A DNA stretch of 64,000 nucleotides from Octopus vulgaris (GCA_951406725.2 OX597832.1:60760001-60824000); one strand, 5' to 3'. Positions 1-11,417 are shown, numbered from the stretch's first letter. Numbers and translations: made by a program. Notes: generated from the letters alone by a model not told the origin.

Positions 1-284
1 GGAGATATGCGTCTGAGAAACACACACACACACATACACCATCCGATATATATTAACTATGATAATAGATTGTAGCACATATGTGTGAAAACACAAACTT
101 ACACACACTTCGATACCTGACCGCGCGTGCAATTATACCAACACACACGCACATAAACATATATTCGTGGAATAAATTAAGTACCACCCTCTTACACATC
201 TGTGAAGAGAGACATTCGCGCACACACACATATACATACAAACACGCACTCACACATCCACACAGGTTTTCTTAAGCTCCACCA

Positions 285-845
285 GGTATTACAAATGTAT
301 ATATGTATTACAAATTGTATGAGTGTGCATATATACTACAAATGTATGTATTACAACTGTATGAGTACGTGTATATTACAGCTGTGTGTATTACAAATGT
401 GTTTGTTAATCACAAGCGAGTATGTGTATTTCAGGTGTACGTATATGTATTGATTGTGGTGTGTGAGTATTACAGGCATGTGTGACGGTATTACAAATGT
501 GTGAATATGTGTATTACAGTGGTATGTATGTGTATTACACGTGAGAGAGTATGTACAACAGGTGAGTGCGTATATGACATACTTATGGCCACATGCATGT
601 GCTTTACAAATATGAATATGTGTATTGCAGGTATGCGTGTGTATAACACACGTACACACTAATACACAACACGTATACTAACAATGTTAGCGAGTGTGTG
701 TATTACAAATGTGTGTGTGCAGTGCAGGTATGTGTATGTGATAGCGTGCGCCTGACTATATGTATTACATATGTGTGTGTGTGTGTGAGGATTTGTATTG
801 CAGGAAGGTGCGTGTGTGTGTGTGTACTACAGACGTGTGCAATAT
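285..845. repeat. Degenerate TG/TA-rich minisatellite (recurring tgtgtattacaaatg-like unit)
   Basis: 'gtattacaaatgt'/'gtattacag' recurs many times with variable TG spacers. Confidence 0.7.
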
Positions 846-1012
846 CAGATCTGAGTAACATTTTACGAGATGCGGGCCGCAAAAGACAACTCATCATCAG
901 GTGAGCCACACAACTAAACAGATTCGTGGAAATTTCTAATACACACACACACACACCTATAATACAAGAGGGTATTGAAAAGTTCCTGTTATATATTCTC
1001 TTTCTCTCTTTT

Positions 1013-1382
1013 CTCTTTTACTTGTTTCAGGCATTTGACTGCGGCCATGCTGGAGCACCGCCTTTTAGTCGAGCAAATCGCCCCCAGGACTTATTCTTTG
1101 TAAGCCTAGTACTTATTCTATCGGTCTCTTTTGCCGAACCGCTAAGTAACGGGGACGTAAACATACCAGCATCGGTTGTCAAGCGATGTTGGGGGGACAA
1201 ACACAAACACACACACACACACATATACGACAGGCTTCTTTCAGTTTCCGTCTACCAAATCCACTCACAAGGCTTTGGTCAGCCCGAGGCTATAGTAGAA
1301 GACACTTTCCCAAGGTGCCACACAGTGGGACTGAACCCGGAACCGTGTGGTTGGTAAGCAAGCTACTTACCACACAGCCACT

Positions 1383-1385
<3 letters not shown>
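1013..1385 (-). mobile_element. SINE family A (tRNA-derived head, internal microsatellite), near full length
   Basis: Reverse complement of ggagtggctgtgtggtaagtagcttgc...ggttcagtccc (A/B-box-like)...ctccagcatggccgcagtcaaatg..ctgaaacaagtaaaagag; same sequence recurs about 20 times in the window. Confidence 0.9.
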
Positions 1386-1423
<38 letters not shown>

Positions 1424-1898
1424 AGGTTTTCTCACAGTCTACCAAATTCACTCATAAAGCATTAGTCTGTCTAGGGCTATAGAAGAAAAAAACTTGCTCA
1501 AGGGGCTGCCCAATGGGATTGAAACCAAAACCATTTGGTTGGGAAGCGAGCATGTTAACCACAATGTCGTGCACACACGCATTTTCTTTTCATTTTTCTT
1601 AAATGATTTTAAAAAAAAAATAATATAATTAAATAGTAAGTAAAATGCGTGAAAAAATTGCCAGAGATGATGTAAGAAGCAGCTGATCCAAGTTAATTAA
1701 TTAAGGAGAGAAAAAAAAAGCACCAGACAAATTGATGACAATAAAAATATGAGACTTGCCCCAGGGTGAATGAAAAATATAAAACTAAACCATATAAAGC
1801 AAATAATTTAATTGAAAGTATATATATATATATGCATGCATACACACACATTCTTCTCTATCAATATATATAAATGGAGATACATAGAATAAGAGAGG

Positions 1899-1950
<52 letters not shown>

Positions 1951-1984
1951 GGGATATGTAGATAGATAGATACATGGATAGATA

Positions 1985-2360
1985 GGCACAGGAGTGGCTG
2001 TGTAGTAAGTAGCTTGCTTACTAACCACATAGTTTCGGGTTCAGTCCCACTGTGTGACACCTTGGGTAGGCGTCTTCTATTATAGCCTTGGGCCAACCAA
2101 AGCCTTCTGAGTTGATTTAGTCGACGGAAACTGAAAGAAGCCCATCGTATATATATATATATACATATGTGTGTGTGTGTGTGTGTGTGTTTGTCCTCCC
2201 AATATCGCTTGACAGCCGATGGTGTGTTTAGGTCCCCATAACCTAGCGGTTTGGCAAAAGAGACAGATAGATAAAGTACTAGGTTCGAAAAGAATAAGTC
2301 CTAGGGTCGATTTGTCTGATTAAAGGTGTTGCTCCAGCATGACTAAAACAAGTAACAGAG
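1985..2360 (+). mobile_element. SINE family A
   Basis: Head ggcacaggagtggctgtgtagtaag, internal (TA)n(TG)n, tail gactaaaacaagtaacagag. Confidence 0.88.
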
Positions 2361-2457
2361 ATAGATAGATAGATAGATATAAGATGCACAGACATGAATA
2401 TACATCCATTTACCTATCTTTCTCACAAATATATATACATTCTTTTTATTTTTATTT

Positions 2458-2807
2458 TATTTTTATTGTTTCAGGCTTTTGATTGTGACCATGCTGGAGC
2501 AAATCAACCCCAGGACTTATTCTTTTTCAGCCTAGTACTTATTCTATCAGTCTTTTTTGCCGAACTGCTAAGTTACAGACACGTAAACGCACCCGCATCG
2601 GTTGTCAAGCGATGATGTAGGGAGACAAACACAGACACACAAACATACACTCACTTCTTTCAGTTTCCGTCTACCAAATCCACTCACAAGGCTTTGGTCG
2701 GCCTGAGGCTATAGTTGAAGACACTTGGCCATGGTGCCATGCAGTGAGATGAGAACCCAGAACCATGTGGCTGGGAAGCAAGCTACTTACCACTGAGCCA
2801 CTCCTGC
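2458..2807 (-). mobile_element. SINE family A (inverted relative to 1985-2360)
   Basis: Reverse-complement match to family A with small internal deletions. Confidence 0.85.
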
Positions 2808-2809
2808 AT

Positions 2810-2879
<70 letters not shown>

Positions 2880-2880
2880 C

Positions 2881-3044
2881 AATAATCAAGGGTACTAACA
2901 GACAGCACCAACATGCTAAATATAGCAGTCAAAAGGACCAAACCACAAGTTTTCACCTTTGTGTTTAAGTGAAAACTTATGGTTTGGTCATTTTGACTGC
3001 TATATTTAGCATGACAGTACTGCCTGTTTGCACCCTTACTTATT
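2881..3044. repeat. Long inverted repeat / fold-back hairpin (76-bp arms, 12-nt loop)
   Basis: Arm 2881-2956 vs arm 2969-3044: 11 mismatches in 76 bp by eye, only 2 in the inner 45 bp; loop ctttgtgtttaa. Confidence 0.9.
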
Positions 3045-3389
3045 AATTGATATTTTTTACCTTTATGGGTTTTTTACTCTGATATATGCTCGTATATATT
3101 TAAATACACACACACATATATATATGTATGTATAGCTAGACATACACACACACACACACACATACCCATATATCTATCTGTATACCATCGTTATTTCTAT
3201 CTTTATATCAATCTTTCATCGACTCTCTGTCTCTCTCCTACATGTGTGTGTGTGTAAGAGTGAGAAAGCAAGACACACATCCCTATATCTATCATTCTAG
3301 TAATCTCCTCTCTCTCTCTCTCTCTCTCTCTGACATAACTGTATACAATCTGCCATATGGAATATTATTTGGACAAACTGAAATCTTTC

Positions 3390-3640
3390 TAATTTAATCC
3401 CAGGTGAATCCTGATCACCCAAGCAGACCAATTGATCAAAAACATTCCATCCATGACTATTCTGTATAAATTTTACTTTTTATCTCTTCAAGCATAATGT
3501 AGCTAGGACTACGTTATCTAATGTACTGTGTGTGTGTGTGTGTGTTTGTGTGTGAACATGATAATGAGTAATTTGAAAGGAGTTTTACTTGGCCACAATT
3601 TCTAACAAGGTACAAAACTGATTACTGACCCCTTCTTGCT
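3390..3640 (+). mobile_element. Old dispersed repeat family E, diverged
   Basis: 'tttaatcccaggtgaatcctgatc..agcagacc..tgatcaaaaacattcca..catgac...ggactacgttatctaatgt...atttctaacaagg' matches copies at 21455, 25785, 51930 and 53110. Confidence 0.55.
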
Positions 3641-3689
3641 GGTTTCTAGGAATCACGATACCACAAACAATCCCTAGTGAATCAGACAA

Positions 3690-4352
3690 AATCCTGAGCA
3701 CCATTTCTTCTGGCTCTTTTTGTTCTGAATTCAAATTCCAGCCAAGGTCAACTTAGGCTTACATCCTTTAGGGATCGATGAGATAAGGTACCAGGAAAGC
3801 ACTGGGGTTGATGTGATCAACTTGCCCTCAACCCCAACAATTGCTGGCCTTGTGCCAAAATTAGAAAGAGTTGTTATTATTATACTTATTCTTTTACGAT
3901 AAAGTGATAGTATGTTGTCAACTTAATATGCAAGTCCCATGAAAGGGAAGAATACTACTGTTATTTAGCCCTAGAAAACTTCTCAACTACAAAAAAGAAA
4001 AGCATTCTCAGATTAACAACTTTATAAAGTATAGCTTCCATAGACAATCGCTCAAGAATAACATGATCCAAAATGACAAAACCAAAGGTACTGTATCACC
4101 ATTGATCATGAAACTAAGGGCCATGAATAGTAAGTTTGATATCCATAAGAGACTAGAGAGAAGGTAAAACCATTAGAATGCTGGGCAAACTGTGTAGCAG
4201 CATTTCATCCATCTTTACATTCTGAGTTCAAATTCCACTGAGGTCAACTTAGCCATTTGTCCTTTTGGGCTTGATAAAATAAGTAACAGCTATGTACTGG
4301 AGATGATGTAATCAACTCACGAAATTGCTGGCCTTGTGTCAAAATTTGAAAC
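3690..4352 (+). mobile_element. Two diverged SINE family B copies (~3690-3875 and ~4175-4352)
   Basis: ttctgagttcaaattcc..gaggtcaactt..cc(t)tt..ggg..gataaaataagta..ctgg.g.tgatgt.atcaact...ttgctggccttgtg.caaaatt.gaaa. Confidence 0.75.
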
Positions 4353-4580
4353 TAATAATAGACTAGAGATATTAACTAACAATCAATATTTAATGAACTA
4401 ATAAAACCATAACGAGGATTTCACAAATCTAACACTCCATCTCGCTTAACATCCGCTTTCCATGCTAGCATGGGTTGGACGATTTGACTGAGGTCTAGCG
4501 AACTGATGATGATAATGGTGATGATCATGATGATGAGGATAATGATGGTGATGAGGATGATGATGAAACCAATGAATCAT

Positions 4581-4808
4581 TTAACCCCAGAGCATTCAAA
4601 TTACTCTGTCAAATGTAATGATTATTTATTCACAATGTTTCAAATTAATCATGCATTATCTTGTGGCTTTGAGATTTCAATGATGCAAATATTTTTCGAT
4701 AATGACATTGCAGAGTAGGTGTGAAAGGCCAGATCTGGTCAGTTTCAACATAAAAAAAAAGTAAAACATTTAGGTTGGACATGGCCAGTTTAACTGCCAA
4801 ATGTTTAC
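4581..4808. mobile_element. Putative piggyBac-type MITE remnant
   Basis: Begins TTAA-CCC (ttaaccccagagcatt); degenerate complementary end (actgccaaatgtttac); TTAA/CCC ends are typical of piggyBac. Confidence 0.4.
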
Positions 4809-5004
4809 CATATATTTCTATCGCAGAATCCTGACAATATAAAGCAACAGATTATGCTAAGCACTCAGAAGATACTCAATCCCACTTAAATGAAGAGCAT
4901 TCCTTCATCTTCTTCCTCTTCTTGTTTTTCTCCTGTCTTGCAAGATACTTCGCTATTTCACTCCTGCAAGTTACATGGAACCAAAACCCAGTATATTCTT
5001 TTAT

Positions 5005-5374
5005 TCCTTTACTTGTTTCACTCATTTGACTGCAGCCATGCTGGAGCACCGCCTTTAGTCAAGCAAATTGATCCCCAGGACTTATTCTTTGTAAGCCTAG
5101 ACCTTATTCTATCAGTCCCTTTTTGCCGAACTGCTAAGTTATGGAGAGTAAACACACCCGCATCGGTTGTCAAGTAACGTTGGTGGGGACAAACACAGAC
5201 ATACACATATATAAATACATATATACAATGGGCTTCTTTCAGTTTCTGTCCACCAAATCCACTCACAAGGCTTTGGTCAGCTTGAGGCTGTAGTTGAAGA
5301 CACCTGCCCAAGGTGCCACGCAGTGGGACTGAACTCAGAACCATGTGGTTGGTAAGCAAGCTACTTACCACACA
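5005..5374 (-). mobile_element. SINE family A
   Basis: Reverse-complement match over ~370 bp. Confidence 0.88.
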
Positions 5375-5382
5375 ACCAGCCC

Positions 5383-5587
5383 TCAGGGGCTAAACATAGA
5401 GGGGACAAACAAGGACAGACAAAGGGATTAAGTCGATTACCTTGACCCCATTGTGTAACTGGTACTTATTTAATCAACTCTGAAAGGATGACACGCAAAG
5501 TCGACCTCAGCAGAATTTGAACTCAGAACATAAAGACAGACAAAACACCATTAAGCATTTCGCATGGTGTGCTAATGATTCTGCCAG
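5383..5587 (-). mobile_element. SINE family B
   Basis: ggggctaaacatagaggggacaaacaaggacagacaaagggattaagtcgatt...aaagtcgacctc.gc.gaatttgaactcagaac; matches 60215-60360. Confidence 0.85.
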
Positions 5588-5899
5588 TATGTATTATAGG
5601 TGGTTTTCAGCTATGGAAACCATGCCAAAGCTGGTATCAGAGCACAATGCAGCCCTGCAGCTTTTTCCAGATCCTGTCAAACCGTCTGATCCATGCTAGC
5701 ATGGAAAAAAAACATTAATTGTTGCTGCTGTTGATGATGATGATGATGAGGAAGATATGGTCATGATAACAGATTAACTATTTCAAATGTTAAAGCAAGT
5801 TTCACTTTCACTTTATCTCTTTTACCCTGTGTATATTATACTTATGCTCCCTATTCCGTTTTTTTGCAATAAAATAAGTCACAACGCAGCTATATGAAT

Positions 5900-6510
5900 A
5901 TATGTGTGGCTAAATATTTAAAAAGAACCAAAGTCATCAACCATTTAGGACTTGAAAATAACAAGCGACAAATCTTAACCATAGTTCTTTCATAAATGGC
6001 ATACTTAACCTTAGCTCCTACATAAACTTCATAGGAAGGCCAATGATAAAAACGAGTGACATCAACATCAGGTCATGTCAACCACTCATAATTTTTAAGA
6101 ACCTTGTCTAGAGCATAAGCAAGAGAACATGGAAACTATTTGCAAATAAAGACATTTGCAATAGCATAACTACTTATTATAATGATGCCCTGACAACCAG
6201 TGAATTTAAACAAGACATCTTTATAGCTCTTACAGTAACATCCCATACTTGAGGCCTCTAATACTGTTAAACACAAAAGATGGTATAATATTATCTGGTT
6301 TAGCCCATCCTAATCACTTAATGTAAAATGCGAGCATTTTCCCTTTAGCCACAGATATAAGAAATTATTCAACATGCACATCCTTAAAGTAAATTATAGT
6401 TGTACAGCTAACATGATAAATATTATATCACATAAATCCACATTTACACACAAAGTTGCTTTTGCAGAAATGTTAATGCTTGCCTACAAAACAAATCCCA
6501 AATGAAAAAT
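5900..6510 (+). pseudogene. Penelope-like retroelement (PLE) RT thumb/linker remnant
   Basis: Manual translation gives INIRSCQPLIIFKNLV*SISKRTWKLFANKDICNSITTYYNDALTTSEFK, then NIIWFSPS*SLNVK, then KLFNMHILKVNYSCTANMINIISH. These match PLE motifs (SNHPPSIIKNLP..ISRRLS.LSSN...YNDALK.SG / IIWFNPPYS.NVK / KIFNRNT.K.SYSCM.N...II) in correct order; stops present. Confidence 0.75.
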
Positions 6511-6531
6511 TTATATAATATACATACACGC

Positions 6532-6586
<55 letters not shown>

Positions 6587-7429
6587 AGTATATACATAAT
6601 ATATATGTTTTATATCATACATAAAGTACAATATAGATAATACACTACACACACATACATATATAAAGACTTACACAACACACATATATGATATAATATA
6701 TTCTATTTGCCATGAAACCACATTCATGAATAAATATTCAGAGAGACTCTCTCCATGTTGTCATAAGATATTCAAGATATTTAAATACTATGAGCCTATC
6801 ACACTTCCCAGTAGATAAGACCTCACAATATTTTTTTTCAATATCTTTTTACATTATTTTTTATATTATTCTTCTATATTCTTTTATTTGCCAATTTTGT
6901 ATTTAATTAATTATTTCCCTTTTTCATTCTTTTCACTCTTTTTATTCCATTCTAACATCTTTCACCCATATTCTAAACTTCTTACAAATAAACATATAAA
7001 CATTAAATGACAAACGACACATCCAATACAGTCCACCATTTTTAATGAATTATTCAAACTTTCCAAATTTAATTTTTTTTTAATTCTCATGTAATCCATA
7101 TTTTAACAAGATCACACCAAAATTCTCAGATTCAAATATCCACCTTTGTAAATGTATTTAAATCATAATTTTTTTAAAATTAAAATTAAAATACAATTTT
7201 TTTACTTCGTTTTAAATTTTAAAATTTAACCCTATCAATATTCTTACATTTTTAAATTCGATATTCTTAAAATTTTAAAATTAAAATTGTCGTTCAGAAA
7301 AAATTATCTTCTTTAAAAATCATAGAGATGACAGAAAATCTTTGATCATAATTCTTTAAATACAATCCACACCCAAATCCACATTTAGTGATGGTCACAA
7401 TCATAATCCATTTTAATAAACTCTACTTA

Positions 7430-7584
7430 GGCACAGACATTGATTGTGTGGTCAAAAATTCCCAGCCACATGGTTGTAGGTTCAATCCCACTGCATGTTA
7501 CTTTGGGCAAATATCATCTACTATAGCCCTGGGCCAACCAAAGTCTTGTGAGTGAATCTGGTGGGCAGAAACTGAAAGAAGCCT

Positions 7585-7625
<41 letters not shown>

Positions 7626-7819
7626 ATGCTTGTCCCCACTATTGCTAGACAACTAGTGTTGATTTGTTTGTGTTGTTGTGACTTAACAGTTCAGCAAAAG
7701 AGACCAATAGAATTAGTACCAGACTTAAAAAAAAAAAAAAACCAGGGTCAGTTGATCAAAATTCTTCAAGATGGTGCCCCAGCATGGCCACAGTCTAATG
7801 ACTGAAGCAAGTAAAAAGA
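7430..7819 (+). mobile_element. SINE family A, older diverged copy
   Basis: Colinear match with (TG)n middle; many CpG->TpG/CpA changes. Confidence 0.8.
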
Positions 7820-8319
7820 TAATAATAATAATGTGTGTGTGTGGTAGTAGTAGTAGTAGTAGTAGTAGTAGAAGACACTTGAGCAAGATGCCATGCAATG
7901 GGGTTGAACCCAGAACCAAGTGGTTGGTGTGGTGATGTTAATGAAGATGATAGTTATACTGATGGCAATGGTGGTGATGATGATGAGGTTGGTATAAGGC
8001 TGGAACATATTTAAGAGGAGATAATGGCGATAATGGTGCTGGTGAATTTGGTGGTAGTAGTAGGAGGAGGAGGAGTGGGGGTGATGATGGAGAGATTGGG
8101 ATGAAGGGAGGGCATGTAATGACTGGTGCTGGTATTTCAGAAGCTTGGCAATAAAGCAAGAAAAAGTCAAAGACAGATGGTGTACATATGTGTGTGTGTG
8201 CATGTGAGTTGGTTTTCTTTCTTGTTGACGGTCAGGAAGCAGATCTTCTTTGCGCTGAGAGAGAGTGACAGACAGACAGACAGAGACCGACTTTGGTTGC
8301 AACATTCTGAACGGATGAT

Positions 8320-9190
8320 TTGCGAAGACAAAATCATTGATGCTGTCAAGGTCAAAGAGATACAGGTAAAGCTGATACCTTAATCGTTTCTGCTTGATGC
8401 TGAAGCCTTTGTCTAGGATGGGGATCAGTACATTTTCTACGTAGTCCACCAGAATCACAAAAGGGAAGGCCACAAGGGTTCCTAAATCATAAAGTGATTC
8501 CAATTTCTGCAGGAAACTCTTGTGCTGCACAAATTTTATTGGGTTTTCATATGTGATGGTTATAGCTTTTGACAATCTCATGTGGGATACCATGGTTCAA
8601 GAGAACATGTAGCTTGGATTTTCTGTTGAGAGTATCAAAAAGACCTGTGAAAGTGCATGGTCTAGCGGTTACAGCGTTGCATTCATGAATGTAAGATCAG
8701 GGGTTTCAATTCCTAGGTCAAGCAATGCATTTAGTTCTTGAGCAAAACACTTCATTTTTGGTTTCTTTGTGATCTCATCAACATCTGACATGGAGCACAC
8801 CGTGATCCTGTACAGTTAAAGTTGATCGGATGGAGGGAGTGGGCTAATGGGTGGCACAAACATTTGGTCATTATAAACAAATCATTTGTGCAAATTGTAC
8901 AAGATGCTGCTGAACCCTCATTTGACGTATATGATAGGAGAGTCCACAACCAAAAAATTCATGGAGAAACCTACAAATGCAATTGATGCCTTTTGCTTGG
9001 AGATTCTGAGCTCTTTGATGGTTCTTCTAAGGATAATGATCTGTGGTAGCATTGATTTGCCTTTGCAGATGATATTTCTGTACCATCATAGGATGGGATC
9101 AATATGAGGAGAAATTCTGTTAAGCAGAATAGATTTGTAAATTTGGGTGACTAGAGGTCCGGGCAGTTACACTTTTATCTCTGATCACAA
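8320..9190 (-). pseudogene. Non-LTR retrotransposon (RTE-like) reverse-transcriptase remnant, split by a SINE
   Basis: Minus strand reads IYKSILLNRISPHIDPIL*WYRNIICKGKSMLPQIIILRRTIKELRISKQKASIAFVGFS (cf. IYNRMLLNRI.PHIDPILR.NQNGFRKGRSTL.QILALRRIIE....FVDFSKAFD), then GTLVAFPFVILVDYV...GFSIKQKRLRY...LFDLDSINDFVF (cf. GDTLAPFLFIIV.DYV...GFT...RRSRRYP...DLDFADDIAL); catalytic DD decayed. Confidence 0.8.
8648..8905 (+). mobile_element. Diverged tRNA-head SINE (D/F-type head) inserted in the LINE remnant
   Basis: gcatggtctagcggttacagcg...ggtttcaattcctagg...ttcttgagcaaaacacttcattt resembles the head at 34618; it interrupts the RT reading. Confidence 0.6.
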
Positions 9191-9296
9191 AACAATTCAG
9201 TAATTTTGATAAGCTAACATGCTCACATACATACTAACATTCACACATGCAAAGAGAAACATTCAAATCTATACATACATACATATAGACTCTCTA

Positions 9297-9497
9297 CTCT
9301 TTTACTTGTTTCAGTCATTTGACTGTGGCCATGCTGGAGCACCGCATTTAGTCAAGCAAATCGACCCCCAGGACTTATTCTTTGTAAGCCTAGTACTTAC
9401 TCTATCGGTCTCTTTTGCCGAACCGCTAAGTTACGAGGATGTAAACACACCAGCATCGGTTATCAAGCGATGTTGGGGGGACAAACACACACACACA

Positions 9498-9543
<46 letters not shown>

Positions 9544-9713
9544 TATATACGACGGGCTTCTTTTCAGTTTCCGTCTACCAAATCCACTCACAAGGCTTTG
9601 GTCGGCCCAAGGCTATAGTAGAAGACACTTGCCCAAGGTGCAATGCAGTGGGACTGAACCCAGAACCATGCATTTCATAAGCAAGCTACTTACCATGCAG
9701 CCACTCCTGCGCC
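9297..9713 (-). mobile_element. SINE family A, full length
   Basis: Reverse complement from ggcgcaggagtggc to gaaacaagtaaaagagtag. Confidence 0.9.
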
Positions 9714-9745
9714 TATACGCGATCTGATCAAAAACTATCAGTGGG

Positions 9746-9763
9746 CTGTTGCTATGGTAACAG
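9746..9763. promoter_or_regulatory. Candidate RFX X-box
   Basis: ctGTTGCTATGGTAACag fits the X-box consensus GTNRCC/T-N-RGYAAC and is near-palindromic; lies in non-repeat sequence. Confidence 0.4.
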
Positions 9764-10490
9764 AGCTGAGGTGTGCAGAGTGAAGCCACTTGGAGCAGAT
9801 TAACCTTGAACTCTGTTGCGTATGCACACTAAGTTATAACGTTCCCACACACCCCCAGTGTTTATAGCAGCTGTGCTTGGAAGTAATGTGTGTAGTGTGT
9901 GTTCATCTGACTACCCCACAGAGGTTTAGTCAGTAACCATGGCAGAGAAAATATGTGTGTGTGTGTGAGTACATGCAGGGTAAGAGACATGGCTTGATGG
10001 TCATTACAGCCAAGAATCTTTCTAAAAATCTAATCCCACTTGAAAGGAACAACACTTCAAGATTTCAAAGAAATCCAAGAAAATGCAACAAGGCAGCTAC
10101 TTGCCATCTTAAAAAAAAGGAATACTTCCATTAATGGAAATGACATTGGATAAAGTGTGTGGCTTCAGAAAAGGGACCATTTTTTAGGAGATTGAAAGCC
10201 AAATTGGTATGTGCTTTAGTTTTTCTTTCTATAGCACCAGTCCCGATACCTTTTTAATCAAACTTCACGCACATACAAACACATACATACACACATATAT
10301 ACATACAAAAGTATCACTGCATACAATATGCACACACTTATACCCTCAACATATGCATGCACTCCTAAAGCATACACACATACTCAACTACATACATCTA
10401 TGCATATCCAACCACACACACATACATACATACGTATTTATAAGGCAGGAGAAAGTAATCTTCATTTTACAAACTTCTTTAGTACACATA

Positions 10491-10743
10491 TCATCATCAT
10501 CATCGTTTAACGTCCGCTTTCCATGCTGGCATGGGTGGGATGATTTGACTGGGGACTGGTAAACCAGATGGCTGCACCAGGCTTCAATCTTGATCTGGCA
10601 GAGTTTCTACAGCTGGATGCCCTTCCTAACGCAAACCACTCCGAGAGTGTAGCGGGTGTTTTTATGTGCCACTGGCATAAGGGCCAGTCAGGCGGTACTG
10701 GCAACAGCCACGCCTAAATGGTATTTTTTTACGTGCCACCTGC
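10491..10743 (-). mobile_element. Family C element ((GAT)n tail; RTE-associated SINE/LINE-end-like)
   Basis: Reverse complement of ...ggagtggtttgcgttaggaagggcatccagctgtagaaac...cccatgccagcatggaaagcggacgttaaacgatgatgatg. Confidence 0.85.
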
Positions 10744-10890
10744 ATATAAAAGTAAATATATGTGCATACATAGATACATACAAACACTGACATATTCAAA
10801 CATGTAGTGTAGGTATGTGCCATTCAAAATAGGTAGCATAACAGTGCCTTCATCAGTCGAATATACTCAGAAAGCACATAAATACAAATA

Positions 10891-10926
<36 letters not shown>

Positions 10927-10994
10927 CAACATACGATATATACTTACATATACGAACGTATACATACATATATATGCACGTATATGCACGTATA

Positions 10995-11159
10995 GGCGCA
11001 GGAGTGGCTGTGTGGTAAGTAGCTTGCTAACCAACCACATGGTTCCGGGTTCAGTCCCACTACGTGGCATCTTGGGCAAGTGTCTTCTGCTATAGCCCAG
11101 GGCCGACCAATGCCTTGTGAGTGGATTTGGTAGACGGAAACTGAAAGAAGCCTGTCGTA

Positions 11160-11218
<59 letters not shown>

Positions 11219-11417
11219 TTGTGTGTCTATGTTTGTCCCCCTAGCATTGCTTGACAACCGATGCTGGTGTTTACGTCCCTGTCACTTAGCGGTTCAGCAA
11301 AAGAGACCGATAGAATAAGTACTGGGCTTACAAAGAATAAGTCCCGGGGTCGATTTGCTCGACTAAAGGTGGTGCTCCAGCATGGCCGCAGTCAAATGAC
11401 TGAAACAAGTAAAAGAG
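10995..11417 (+). mobile_element. SINE family A, young subfamily
   Basis: Full length with CpGs retained; shares diagnostic bases with 28627-29012. Confidence 0.92.

Noticed and set aside
926-1482. Recurring peptides such as FDCGHAGAP, QDLFFVSLVLILS and SGTEPGTMWLVSKLLTTQP suggesting a gene family
   Set aside because: They are translations of SINE family A copies
6690-7420. Very AT-rich segment considered as a NUMT or LINE 3' fragment
   Set aside because: No recognisable mitochondrial gene, tRNA or RT motif on manual reading
7766-8593. 275-aa ORF as a cellular gene
   Set aside because: Chimera of a decayed LINE RT, trinucleotide repeats and a SINE tail
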